Source of the DNA: SAR202 cluster bacterium Io17-Chloro-G2
Lineage (GTDB): Bacteria; Chloroflexota; Dehalococcoidia; Lucifugimonadales; UBA3495
NCBI GenBank assembly: GCA_002816875.1
Contig: MUCP01000010.1
Coordinates: 2,254-66,253, forward strand
DNA: 64,000 bases
Reading direction: 5' to 3'
How positions within the stretch are numbered: the first letter of the stretch is position 1; every line of letters starts with the position of its first letter. Under the pieces are notes generated by a model. The model ran no database searches and was not told the origin of the DNA. It was given only the letters and a program-made list of their open reading frames with translations. The translations under genes and the position numbers were made by a program. Shown here one piece after another: positions 46,952 to 56,796 of this stretch.

Positions 46952-47608
46952 GTGCCGTTGCTGATAGACCTTCATACCCACACCTATCCACAATCAGACG
47001 ATAGCTTCATGTCGGTGGACGACCTGATCGACACAGCCAAGGCCCATGGATTGGACGGCATCTGCCTCACCGACCACGACTGGTTCTGGCCGATGGACCG
47101 GGTTGAGCAACTCTCCCGCAGGCATGGATTTCTGGTGCTGCCTGGTTCGGAGATCAATACCGACACTGGGCATGTCTTGGTCTTTGGCTTGGACGAGTAC
47201 GTATTCGGACTGCACAAACCATCGTTCCTGCATGACAAAGTCGTAGAGATAAAAGGAGCCATGATTGCGGCTCATCCCCACCGCCGCCGATTTCTAGAAG
47301 ACCCTGGCCACAAACCCGAGGCCAGGGAGGAAATGCTGGAACGGGCGCACGGCGACCAGTTTTTTCAGATGTGCCATGCCATCGAAGGTTTAAACGGGCG
47401 GGCCACCGAGGTTCAAAACAGCTTTTCCCATGATCTGGGAATGCGTTTGGGGGCCAATATGTGCGCCGGGAGCGATGCCCATAGACTTGAACAGGTAGGC
47501 ACGGCGGCTACCCAGTTTGAAAACAGGGTCTCCGGCTTGGCAGACTTGATAGACCAGTTGAAATTGGGGAAATTCCAAGCGGTGGACCTGCGTAATGGCA
47601 GCCATTGA
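46952..47608 (+). CDS. PHP-domain metal-dependent phosphoesterase
   Basis: IDLHTHTYPQSDD..., ...GICLTDHD..., ...GSEI..., ...GSDAH... Confidence 0.7.
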   Translation: MPLLIDLHTHTYPQSDDSFMSVDDLIDTAKAHGLDGICLTDHDWFWPMDRVEQLSRRHGFLVLPGSEINTDTGHVLVFGLDEYVFGLHKPSFLHDKVVEIKGAMIAAHPHRRRFLEDPGHKPEAREEMLERAHGDQFFQMCHAIEGLNGRATEVQNSFSHDLGMRLGANMCAGSDAHRLEQVGTAATQFENRVSGLADLIDQLKLGKFQAVDLRNGSH

Positions 47609-47746
47609 CCGGCGGGCGGTTAGGATCTGCGAAAGGATACGGCAGATGGATTCGGGCGTATCTTGATGAGAGCGCACTTGGAATATTCTAGTGATTCGTA
47701 TGGCGAACTGTGGGATCGTGCCCGGTCCGCCAACGGGGGTTACTGA

Positions 47747-48730
47747 ATGGCTGAAACTTTGAGGGTGGAGGACCTGCACGTCCGGTTCGGCGTCGGGGAA
47801 GACCAGGTCAAGGCCCTGAACGGCGTTGACCTGGCGCTGGAACAGGGTGAGATATATTGCCTTGTTGGAGAAAGCGGAGCCGGCAAGAGCACCCTGGCCC
47901 TGGCCATCATGGGGCTTTTGCCCATCGCCGGTTCTATACCACAGGGAAAGGTGATATTCGACGGCGTAGACCTGGTCCATGCCGACGCCGAGCAGATGCG
48001 GCGGCTACGTGGCAAAGATATATCCATGGTTTTTCAGGATGCCCAGTCGGCGTTAAACCCGGTGCAACTGGTAGGCCCCCAACTGGAAGAGGTGATCCTT
48101 ACCCACAGCGACGTTTCCCATCGGGTTGCCAACCGGATGGCCCAAGACATGCTTAAGGAGATGGGGCTGCCCGATCCCAGGCGAATCATGGGCTCCTACC
48201 CTTTCAGTCTCAGCGGCGGCATGTGCCAACGGGTGATGCTGGCAATAGCGTTGGTGCTAAAACCCAAGCTCTTGATAGCTGACGAGCCCACTTCGGGGCT
48301 GGACGTAACGCTCCAGGCGGAGATCTTACAACGGTTAACCGACCTGTGCGTGGAACAAAACGCATCCATTTTGCTGATAACCCACGACATGGGTGTAGTG
48401 GCTCACATGGCAAAAAGGGTTGGCGTGATCTATGCCGGGTCTTTGGTCGAAACAGCGGACGTGATCCCCCTATTCAAAGAGCCCCAACACCCTTATACCT
48501 GGTCATTGCTCCAATCCCTGCCACGGCTTGATGACGTGGGTAAAAACCTGCAGCCGTTGCGGGGTTCGCCTCCCAACATGGTGACTCTGCCGCAAGAATG
48601 CCCCTTTCTACCCCGCTGCCACAAGGCCCTTACCCGCTGCCGGGTGGAACCCAGGCCGGCGATGGAGGAGGTTAAGCCTGGTCATCGGGTGGCCTGCTAC
48701 AACCCCGTGGCGCCGGTGGTTTCCGTCTAG
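47747..48730 (+). CDS. Oligopeptide/dipeptide ABC transporter ATP-binding protein (OppD-type), solitary
   Basis: GESGAGKST, LSGGMCQR, LIADEPTSGLD, HPYTWSLL...CPFLPRC. Confidence 0.8.
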   Translation: MAETLRVEDLHVRFGVGEDQVKALNGVDLALEQGEIYCLVGESGAGKSTLALAIMGLLPIAGSIPQGKVIFDGVDLVHADAEQMRRLRGKDISMVFQDAQSALNPVQLVGPQLEEVILTHSDVSHRVANRMAQDMLKEMGLPDPRRIMGSYPFSLSGGMCQRVMLAIALVLKPKLLIADEPTSGLDVTLQAEILQRLTDLCVEQNASILLITHDMGVVAHMAKRVGVIYAGSLVETADVIPLFKEPQHPYTWSLLQSLPRLDDVGKNLQPLRGSPPNMVTLPQECPFLPRCHKALTRCRVEPRPAMEEVKPGHRVACYNPVAPVVSV

Positions 48731-49255
48731 AGCCCATCCATTAACCTCGGATCGAACTTAAGCTCTTCGCCATATCCCGCCCTAAAGCACGGGAAGGCCG
48801 GGGTAATACCCTGGCGGCAGGCGTAGATGGAGCCAACGGGCACTGGGTGAAGCTGGTGGAGCGTACATTTGGAGCCACCATGATCCAGCGCCCAGAGCCA
48901 ACCCCGAACCGGTCCTAAAACAGGTTCCTGGGCAAAGGCGCCGGCAAGACCGAAGGTTGCGAGTCGGCGGCCCAGCGGGGTTATGTTGCTGAAATGCTGT
49001 CCAACCGTTGTGATCCGCCTGACATTGTTATGTTGGTGATATGAATTTTACGGATAAATCCTGTAACGTTATGAAAGTTTGCGTTCAGGGGGGAAGAAAG
49101 ATGTAGGGGACACACCCAGGATCACAAGCCATGGAACGGCCTGGGTTGGCCTGATCGGGGTCAGCGATTCCTTTGGCCAAGATGGAAGGTATGGAGTAAT
49201 TTGACGCGATGCTGATCTACATTTTGGGTGGATTGTGCCTAGCGGAGGGGTTGCC

Positions 49256-50191
49256 GTGCTAAGGAAAACTTTGGCAACCATATCAATGGTTTACCTATTG
49301 ATTGCCCTGTTAGGGTGCAATGCGGCCGCTGCCCAAAGGCCGGATCCGACTGCGGCTCCCATGGCTAAAGGGATTTTCTCTGTCGGCAAGATCTCCGGTA
49401 AACCTGCCAAGCAGATCAAGAAATATCAGACGGTGGCAGATTACCTGGCGGCGAATTTGGCAAAGCATGGCATTGGCGCCGGAAGAGTAGTGGTTGCTCC
49501 GGATATCGAAACGATGGTGGGTATGCTCAAATCCGGTGAGGTGAATCTATTCTTTGACAACCCCTTCAGTGCCTACCTGGTGAGCGACCTAGCCGATGGC
49601 AAAGCCATAGTCTTACGAGTGAAACAAGGGCCCGCGGAAAAGCGCGGGATTATCTTTACTCGCTCCGATGGCGGCCCCACATCTTTATCCGGCCTTAGAG
49701 GCCGGTTGATCGCCATGGAAGACCCGACATCATCGGTGTCCTACCTGTCACCCATGGCCTACTTGATCGAGGCCGGCATTACCATGGTGGAAAAGCCGCA
49801 GCCGGACGCTCCAGTGGCTGCTAACGAGGTTGGATACATCTTCAGCTACGACGATGACAATACCGTTCAATGGGTGCTTACAGGTAAGGTAACCGCCGGT
49901 GTGGTTGATGATTCCGCCTTCGAGGAGTTTTTGGAGGAGAACCCCGATGATCTTTCCATTTTGGCCGAGACGCAACCGATGATGCGTCACCAGCCAGGGA
50001 TAGTTAACCCGGGAATGCTCCCCGAGTTTCAGGCTGACGTTCGAGCCCTGCTGGTAGGGCTGGATGATTCAGAAGAATCCCAAAGTGTTAAAAGACCGTC
50101 GGAAACGCTGAGATTCACCGAATTCTCAACTGACGCCCAAGCAACCCTTTCAGATGTAGCCCGGATGTACGCCTTGCTGATCACCCGGTAA
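49256..50191 (+). CDS. PhnD-like (phosphate/phosphonate-type) periplasmic substrate-binding lipoprotein
   Basis: Lipobox LLGC after a signal peptide; ...YQTVADYLAANL...VAPDIETMVGMLKSGEVNLFFDNPFSAYL... resembles the PhnD/PBP fold. GTG start after GGAGGGG. Confidence 0.6.
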   Translation: MLRKTLATISMVYLLIALLGCNAAAAQRPDPTAAPMAKGIFSVGKISGKPAKQIKKYQTVADYLAANLAKHGIGAGRVVVAPDIETMVGMLKSGEVNLFFDNPFSAYLVSDLADGKAIVLRVKQGPAEKRGIIFTRSDGGPTSLSGLRGRLIAMEDPTSSVSYLSPMAYLIEAGITMVEKPQPDAPVAANEVGYIFSYDDDNTVQWVLTGKVTAGVVDDSAFEEFLEENPDDLSILAETQPMMRHQPGIVNPGMLPEFQADVRALLVGLDDSEESQSVKRPSETLRFTEFSTDAQATLSDVARMYALLITR

Positions 50192-50313
50192 TGGGTGGCA
50201 GCGCCGCCAATGCAGGTTGGCCATGATTATCATGTACCCCCAGGATTCCGCACCTTTGGTGGCTGATAGCCGGACCGATTAATGCCATCACGGGTTTCCA
50301 AACGTGCATTTGG

Positions 50314-51834
50314 ATGGTTCCAGTGAGTTTGGTTAACTGGCCATTGTCGGCAAAACTGACCGTGGTTGTGACTATTTTAATAGTTGCAGCCGTGTTGTCC
50401 GTGACGGCGCTATCCATCCACCGTGAACAAGGATACTTTCGCTCCGAGTTGGAGCAACAAGCCCAGGTGATCCTCGAGAGTCTTGAGGTTGCCGCGGTTG
50501 ACTCCCTTTACCGGCTGGATAAAGACACTTTAGCCGACATTGCACAACGGCTAAGAGAAAAACCTAATATCGTCTCCATCCGCTTTTATGACGAAGCAGG
50601 CCGGGTCCTGGCGGACCCAGACGACATGGGGGCAGCCCGCCGTTTCCAAGTCGACACCTTTGGCCAACGGCTTGCGTCGGCTGATTCGTTGATTTTCCAA
50701 TGGCAGGACGACCGGCTGATCGCGGGTCTCGCCGTGATTGCCGGTCCTCAGCGCTTGGGCGCAATAAGCGTGGGGTTGTCGACGGCCGCACTAGGTGGAA
50801 AGCTGGGGGTTGTGCGGAATCAGGGCATCATCGTGGCTCTTGTAACCGCCGCTGTAGGTGTGTTGCTTGCGTTGCTCTGGTGCCGGACAATCACCAATCC
50901 ACTGAGGGAGTTGGCTAGGGCCGCCGAAAATATCGGCGCAGGCAACCTGCCAAGCAGAATTCCTGTCCGCCGCGGAGATGAACTGGGGAAGCTAACCGGC
51001 GCCTTCAACGACATGGGCGACAATCTTCGGTTGACGCTGGCGTCACTTCACCAAAGCCGCGATCGATTGGAGATCGAGGTTCACAATCGGACGGCCGAAC
51101 TTTCAAATGCCAACGAATCACTGAGGGATGAAATCGCACACCGCCGGCTGGCTGAGGAGCAGATCCGGGCTTCGTTGAGGGAGAAGGAAGTGATGCTAAA
51201 GGAGATCAACCACCGGGTAAAAAATAACATGCAAATCATTTCCAGCTTGCTTAATCTGCAGAGCCGGAACTTCAACGACGAGCAGACATTGCGTTCGTTT
51301 CAGGTCAGTCAAGACCGAATCAAGGCGATGGCCCTGGTGCATGAAAAGCTCTACCAATCTGACGACTTGGCCAGAATCGACTTCGGCGAATACATCAAGA
51401 GTTTGGCCACCGATCTGGGCAATTCCTATGGCCTGGCAAGCCGGGACATCAATCTAAACATTGACGTGGTGGACATCTTGCTGGGCGTTGACACGGCTAT
51501 CCCCTGCGGTGTCATTGTCAACGAGTTGGTGGCAAATTCTTTGAAACACGCCTTCTCGGGAGGGCAGCCGGGAGAGATCACCATTAGCTTCCGCGAGGTC
51601 GATCGGCAATATAAGATGGTATTTAAGGACAACGGTGTGGGGTTCCCCGAAGACCTGGACATTAGCCGCCCGTCTTCCCTTGGTCTGACGATAGTCAAGG
51701 CCCTCACCGGCCAGCTAGGTGGCACGATTCGCTTGGGACGCAAGGGCGGGTCCGAGATCAGCATAACCTTCCCGGATAAGGGCTTACCAAAAACGCCGTA
51801 TAGAATCCAAGATTTTGGACATACACCTCCCTAA
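50314..51834 (+). CDS. Sensor histidine kinase: TM, extracytoplasmic region, TM, HAMP, coiled coil, HisKA_2, HATPase_c
   Basis: HAMP (ITNPLRELARAAENIGAGNL...ELGKLTGAFNDM), H-box EINHRVKNNMQIISSLLNLQ, N-box NELVANSLKHAF, G-box DNGVGFP...SLGL. Confidence 0.8.
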   Translation: MVPVSLVNWPLSAKLTVVVTILIVAAVLSVTALSIHREQGYFRSELEQQAQVILESLEVAAVDSLYRLDKDTLADIAQRLREKPNIVSIRFYDEAGRVLADPDDMGAARRFQVDTFGQRLASADSLIFQWQDDRLIAGLAVIAGPQRLGAISVGLSTAALGGKLGVVRNQGIIVALVTAAVGVLLALLWCRTITNPLRELARAAENIGAGNLPSRIPVRRGDELGKLTGAFNDMGDNLRLTLASLHQSRDRLEIEVHNRTAELSNANESLRDEIAHRRLAEEQIRASLREKEVMLKEINHRVKNNMQIISSLLNLQSRNFNDEQTLRSFQVSQDRIKAMALVHEKLYQSDDLARIDFGEYIKSLATDLGNSYGLASRDINLNIDVVDILLGVDTAIPCGVIVNELVANSLKHAFSGGQPGEITISFREVDRQYKMVFKDNGVGFPEDLDISRPSSLGLTIVKALTGQLGGTIRLGRKGGSEISITFPDKGLPKTPYRIQDFGHTPP

Positions 51835-51893
51835 AGCATGGGAGGGCCGAGGATCTCCCTGACGGTAGCTTAGGGTTTATTCTACGGCCGGGA

Positions 51894-52925
51894 TCAATTG
51901 CGCCTAAGGGACGACTGGTCGGCCACCAAAAGGTCAAGAGCCATCCCCGGTTCCATCTTCCCGCGTTTGATAGACAGATCTGCTTCCAACAGCCGCTGGT
52001 ATCTCCAGGTGATATCTTCCCAGGTATGCCTTCTGGCTTGCTGCATGGTTTTCCGGATGACGAATTGAGAAGACGTGCCCATTTGCTCGCCCAACTCTTT
52101 TTGCGAAGCTCTCTGATCCATACCGCTCTTGGCCAGGGCCAGCAGCCGCACCTGCCTCTGGATCATGGCGATTATGTACAGGGGGTCTCGGCCATCATCC
52201 CTCAGATGTTGCAGCAGAGAGATCGCATCCCTTTGGCGGCCTTCGATCATAGCGTCCACGGCGGTGAAGATATTGGCCTCGGTGGCCTGGGACACCAGCA
52301 CCGGCACGTCGGTATCCTCAATGGTCCGTCCCCATGCGTATAGGGACAATTTCTCCAACTCCCGGTCCAAGGCCCACAGGTCGTTGCCCACCAGGTTGAT
52401 GATTGTTGAGATGGCCGCCGGACTGATTACGGAACCTTTCTCCTGGGCCGCGTCTTTGATCCACCGGGCTAGGTCCTGGCCGCCAGGGGCCGGTAAACCC
52501 CGCACCTGGGATACGTTTGCCAGGGCCTTAAGCAAAGGATTGCTTTGAGAGACAGTCCCGTCGGAAAATATCAGCAACGTAGTGGGGGGCATACCTGTAA
52601 CGGCTTGGGGCAGTCCTTCCCAAGAACCCAATGCCCCGCCGGAGGGGCCGCTGGGTTCCTGGCCCTGGTTGCTGCCTCTCCTAGCTCGGCGGGGCGCGCG
52701 CCGGCCTTCCAACGTGGCCAGCAGTCCTTGCACCACCACCAGTCTAACGGTGTCCATGAAGGGAAGGGCGTTACAAATCTCCACCAATTCGTTCAGGGTG
52801 GCTTCGGTTCCTTCTAGCCGGTGGCGGTTGGCATCTAGTAGGCCGGAGGCCTCGTCTTGAGCCTCTAGTTTGGCCTGGGCCTTGGCCACCAGAAAGCTGT
52901 CGCCGTGCAAGACATGAGCGGGCAA
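51894..52925 (-). CDS. holA: DNA polymerase III delta subunit
   Basis: 343 aa. ...HVLHGDSFLV..., ...LPFMDTVRLVVV..., and the C-terminal helical domain pattern of HolA. Confidence 0.75.
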   Translation of the reverse strand: MPAHVLHGDSFLVAKAQAKLEAQDEASGLLDANRHRLEGTEATLNELVEICNALPFMDTVRLVVVQGLLATLEGRRAPRRARRGSNQGQEPSGPSGGALGSWEGLPQAVTGMPPTTLLIFSDGTVSQSNPLLKALANVSQVRGLPAPGGQDLARWIKDAAQEKGSVISPAAISTIINLVGNDLWALDRELEKLSLYAWGRTIEDTDVPVLVSQATEANIFTAVDAMIEGRQRDAISLLQHLRDDGRDPLYIIAMIQRQVRLLALAKSGMDQRASQKELGEQMGTSSQFVIRKTMQQARRHTWEDITWRYQRLLEADLSIKRGKMEPGMALDLLVADQSSLRRN

Positions 52926-53151
52926 AGCGTTGCTCCGGGGATGAAAAATGGTTGGGCCGGCAGGGCTGAAAGGCGCCGCGAAAATGGCCGTTCAGCCAGT
53001 GGCAAGATTATAACACCGGCCGGGCCCCTGGGAACCTGCAATCGCCATGCCAACGGTGCTTGCGCAACTGGCGACCAGCCGGTTTCTGTGGAATAATAGC
53101 ACCTGTTTTGGACATCTGGGACGTCGTGAAAAACCGATGGAGAACCAGCGA

Positions 53152-54192
53152 ATGAAGTTCGGACTATTCACTCACATCCCATGGCCCGAAGGCATGGAAC
53201 CCAAACAGGTCTTGGACCACACTACCGAGGAGGTGGTACGGGCCGAAGAGTTGGGATTTCATAGCGCTTGGGTGGCGGAACACCACTTTTCCCGATACGG
53301 ATTGGGTTCTTCTTCCCTGGTGTTCTCGGCCAGCGTGGCGGCGCAGACGAAGAAGATACGCTTGGGCACGGCCATACTTGTTCCTCCTCTGCATCATCCG
53401 ATCAAACTAGCCGAGGACGCCGCCACGCTGGATCTGGTCAGCGGGGGCCGTCTAGACGCGGGCTTTGGCCGGGGCACCGCGGGTTACGAGTACGCGGGAT
53501 ACAATATAGACCGGGAGGAAAGCCAGGACCGTTTCCAAGAGACCATCAAGATCGTGCAAGGGCTGTGGACCACGCCCTGTTTCTCTTATAAAGGCAAACA
53601 TTTTGAATTTGAGGAAGTCAATCTGGTGCCGCCGCCGTTGCAAAAGCCCCATCCGCCGATTTACATCGCGGCCACCAGGACGCCCGCGACCCTGGATTTT
53701 GTGGTGTCCACGGGTCATCCTCTAATCATCGGAGTGGTTTTGGACACCGCCGATGCCCTGGAGCTATGCCGCACTTTTGTGAAAATGTCCAAGAGGGCCG
53801 GGCATGACGTGCCCATTTCCAGCATCCCATTCTTCCGCTACTTCTACGTGGCGGAGACGGAGGATCAAGCCAAAAAGGATACCGAAGCGGCCCTGAGTTG
53901 GACCCTGGATATGGGTCAATGGCGGCGCACATTTGAGCGGGGCAGCGAGGTATACCAAAAGCTTGACGATTGGCGGCGGGTGCGCACCGAGCTCCCCACA
54001 AGCAACGAACACCTTTATGACCGGCGGGCGATAATCGGCACGCCGGAACAATGCGTGGCCCAGATCAAAGAACTACAGAACAACGGCATCGAATACTTCG
54101 GGTGCAATTTCTCTTTCGGCGGCATGGAGCAGGGCAAGATGCTGCGGTCAATGAAGTTATTCGCCGAAGAGGTTATGCCCCACTTTGATTAA
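53152..54192 (+). CDS. LLM-class flavin-dependent oxidoreductase
   Basis: MKFGLF..., EELGFHSAWVAEHHF, ...LDLVSGGRLDAGFGRG... Start could also be the ATG at 53137. Confidence 0.8.
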   Translation: MKFGLFTHIPWPEGMEPKQVLDHTTEEVVRAEELGFHSAWVAEHHFSRYGLGSSSLVFSASVAAQTKKIRLGTAILVPPLHHPIKLAEDAATLDLVSGGRLDAGFGRGTAGYEYAGYNIDREESQDRFQETIKIVQGLWTTPCFSYKGKHFEFEEVNLVPPPLQKPHPPIYIAATRTPATLDFVVSTGHPLIIGVVLDTADALELCRTFVKMSKRAGHDVPISSIPFFRYFYVAETEDQAKKDTEAALSWTLDMGQWRRTFERGSEVYQKLDDWRRVRTELPTSNEHLYDRRAIIGTPEQCVAQIKELQNNGIEYFGCNFSFGGMEQGKMLRSMKLFAEEVMPHFD

Positions 54193-54358
54193 CTCATAGA
54201 TCAACCAACGGGACTGGCCGGTTCAGTTGAAAATCCAGTACAGAGATCCATTAGAGTCGTATCTATCTTAGTTTTACCAATATTGACCTCGTCATTCTCG
54301 TTCAACTGGCGGTTGGCCGTAAACATCCGGTAGACTGGCCCGCCGCGGAGGAATCTAT

Positions 54359-55720
54359 ATGGTCACCATAGCGGAACGTTTGAGTTCCTTTGCCACCTCG
54401 CTGCGTTATCAGGAGCTGCCGCCTGAAGTTGTGCACCAGACCAAGCGCATGATAATCGACACCCTGGGTTGCGCCTTTGGCGGTTATGCCGGACCACCCA
54501 GTAAATTGGCCAGAGACATGGCTTCGATCCTGTCCAGCACCCAGCCGGCCACCGTCATCGGCAGCGGCCAGACCACCAGCCCGGACATGGCGGCCTTCGC
54601 CAACGGGGTGATGATCCGTTACCTGGATTTCAACGACGGCTACACCAGCAAAGAGTCGGGCCATCCCAGCGACAGCATTGCGGCCACCCTGTCGGCCACC
54701 GAGGCGGCCAGGGGAAGTGGTCAGCGGTTGATAGCCTCCACCGTGGTGGCTTACGAAGCATTCTGCCGGGTGTGCGACGCCGTGGACATAAAACCCCAGG
54801 GGTTCGACCACGTCACCGTCGGCTGCATCGCCAGCACCCTGGGAGCGGCAAAGGGTCTGGGCTTGTCCGAGGAGCAGACCCATCAGGCGCTTAACCTGGC
54901 GGTAGCCTCCAACCTGGCTCTCTACCAGACTCGCATCGGCGATGTCTCCATGTGGAAAGGTTGCGCCTACGCCAACGCCAGCCGCAACGCCCTCTTTGCG
55001 GCTATGCTCGCCCGCCGGGGTCTCACCGGCCCGTCGCCCATCTTTGAGGGTCCGGGCGGTTACTTCAAGGCGGTCACCGGTCAGCCCTTCGAGTTGGAGC
55101 CCTTTGGCGGGGAAGGCCGCCCTTACAAGATCATGGAATGCAGCATCAAGCGGTTCCCCTTGGGGCAATACTCCCAAACGGTGGTCCAGGCGGCACTAGA
55201 GGTGCGCCAACAATTGCCGGACGTTAAAGATATCGACCAGGTCAACATCGAGACGCTCCAGACGGCCATAAATATCATGGCCGGCGATGAGGAGAAGTGG
55301 CGGCCGGCCAACCGGGAGACCGCCGACCATTCTATGCCCTATACCGTGGGAGTGGCGTTGCGCTATGGCGAGGTGAAGCAGAACCACTTCGACGAGGAAT
55401 ATCTGGCCGACCAGGAACTGCAGGAGCTGGTGGCTAAGGTCAAGGTCAACGTTTCGGAGGAGGCCAACCAGCGGGCGCCGGAAGCCATGTTGTGCCGTCT
55501 AGAAGTGGTCACCGGTTCCGGCCAACGGTATTCGGCGGAGGTGGCTTACCACAAAGGCCACTACAAAGACCCGCTGGACGATTCGGAGGTGGAAGCCAAG
55601 TTCCGGTCGCTCTGCGAAGGCCGGCTATCCAACGCCCGGACGTCAGCCCTGTTGGAAAGGCTGTGGAACCTAGATAAGGTTGAAGAGATGGAAGAGGTCC
55701 TCAGGGTGGCTAAGATCTAG
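54359..55720 (+). CDS. MmgE/PrpD family protein (2-methylcitrate dehydratase-like)
   Basis: 453 aa. ...DTLGCAFGG..., ...DFNDGY...GHPSD..., and the C-terminal PrpD domain pattern. Confidence 0.8.
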   Translation: MVTIAERLSSFATSLRYQELPPEVVHQTKRMIIDTLGCAFGGYAGPPSKLARDMASILSSTQPATVIGSGQTTSPDMAAFANGVMIRYLDFNDGYTSKESGHPSDSIAATLSATEAARGSGQRLIASTVVAYEAFCRVCDAVDIKPQGFDHVTVGCIASTLGAAKGLGLSEEQTHQALNLAVASNLALYQTRIGDVSMWKGCAYANASRNALFAAMLARRGLTGPSPIFEGPGGYFKAVTGQPFELEPFGGEGRPYKIMECSIKRFPLGQYSQTVVQAALEVRQQLPDVKDIDQVNIETLQTAINIMAGDEEKWRPANRETADHSMPYTVGVALRYGEVKQNHFDEEYLADQELQELVAKVKVNVSEEANQRAPEAMLCRLEVVTGSGQRYSAEVAYHKGHYKDPLDDSEVEAKFRSLCEGRLSNARTSALLERLWNLDKVEEMEEVLRVAKI

Positions 55721-55762
55721 CGGCAGGGACCTCTTCGATCTGGTCAACCCGTGGCAATCAGC

Positions 55763-56161
55763 CTACGCCGTAGGCTTGGCGTAGTTGCCCGAGTGGTCCT
55801 CAAAGGCGCCAACCAAGGGAAATATCTGGTTGTAGAGGCCCCGGGCCCGCTGGCGGATGTGGGGGCCGGCCGCGTCGCGGAGCTTGCTGGGCCTGGACCG
55901 TTGGGATTTGTATAGCTCGCTCTCCAGGGGACTGGCGTCTTCCAACTCCCAGATGCAGAGATAGTCCAGAACACCTTCACCTTCTTGGAGCTTGAACCGG
56001 CGGGCGCTGACGTATCCAGGGATCTCCAACCGCTCCGGCAGGTGCTCGTCGTTGTACCAGCGGTCGAACTCCTCCTCGTTGCCTTGGTCAACCTCCATCA
56101 TCACCACCAAGATTGTGTTGCCTATATGCTGGATCGGATGCTTGCCGTCGAATTCGGCCAT
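55763..56161 (-). CDS. Small dimeric alpha/beta-barrel (EthD/DUF4286-like) protein
   Basis: ...EEEFDRWYNDEHLPERLEIPGYVSARRF... is typical of this fold family. GGAGGTG RBS before the ATG at 56161. Confidence 0.4.
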   Translation of the reverse strand: MAEFDGKHPIQHIGNTILVVMMEVDQGNEEEFDRWYNDEHLPERLEIPGYVSARRFKLQEGEGVLDYLCIWELEDASPLESELYKSQRSRPSKLRDAAGPHIRQRARGLYNQIFPLVGAFEDHSGNYAKPTA

Positions 56162-56307
56162 GAGACCACCTCCAATCTTCCTTGAGGAAATACCAGACGG
56201 CCCAGGCGTGGCTGGGCTCTTGCCTGGCGATGGGGCGTAGTATAACATTGGGAAGCTTTTTCAGAGGAGATTTTTCTCCAAGCAACCCTTGGTCCAAAGG
56301 GAGCGAG

Positions 56308-56787
56308 ATGAATCAACAGATTCGCCTGACAGTCAATGGGACCGAACACCGGTCGGAGGTCCCTGCCCGCCGCTTACTGGTCGATTTTCTTCGTTATGAC
56401 CTGGGTCTGACCGGCACCAAAGAAGGCTGTAGCGTGGGGGTTTGCGGGGCCTGCACCGTTTTGATCGACGGTGAGATGGCCGCTTCCTGCATCACCCTTG
56501 CGGCAGCGGTGGACGGCGCCCAGATAACCACCATTGAGGGGATCGCCCAGGATGGAAAGTTGCACCCGGTGCAGCAGGCGTTCATCGACCACGGCGGTTT
56601 CCAGTGCGGTATTTGCACGCCGGGACAGGTGATGGCGGCCAAAGCGCTGTTGGACGAGAATCCCAACCCCACTGAAGATGAGATCAAAGCGTGGATGATG
56701 GGGAATCTTTGCCGTTGCACCGGATATTACGGCATTTTGAATTCGGTGGCCGCCGCCGCGGGTTCTACCCCCGGCTCTAATGCGTAA
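56308..56787 (+). CDS. (2Fe-2S)-binding small subunit of a molybdenum hydroxylase (CoxS/XdhC-type)
   Basis: C..G.CGAC cluster (GCSVGVCGACTV) and C.C..GQ...C.C (QCGICTPGQ...CRCTGY). Confidence 0.85.
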   Translation: MNQQIRLTVNGTEHRSEVPARRLLVDFLRYDLGLTGTKEGCSVGVCGACTVLIDGEMAASCITLAAAVDGAQITTIEGIAQDGKLHPVQQAFIDHGGFQCGICTPGQVMAAKALLDENPNPTEDEIKAWMMGNLCRCTGYYGILNSVAAAAGSTPGSNA

Positions 56788-56796
56788 GGAGGCTTG

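Noticed and set aside
48781-48850. Possible cobalamin riboswitch (GGGAAGGCCGGGG-TAATA-CCCTGG ... GGCACTGGG), attractive because B12-dependent MCM and a BtuF-like gene occur in the window
   Set aside because: The conserved GGUG...CCCGCCACUG core and the AGCCAGGAGACCUGCC-type B12 box are not present. A similar motif recurs at the 3' end of the kinase gene, suggesting a generic repeat. The downstream genes are not B12-related. An Infernal scan would settle the question.
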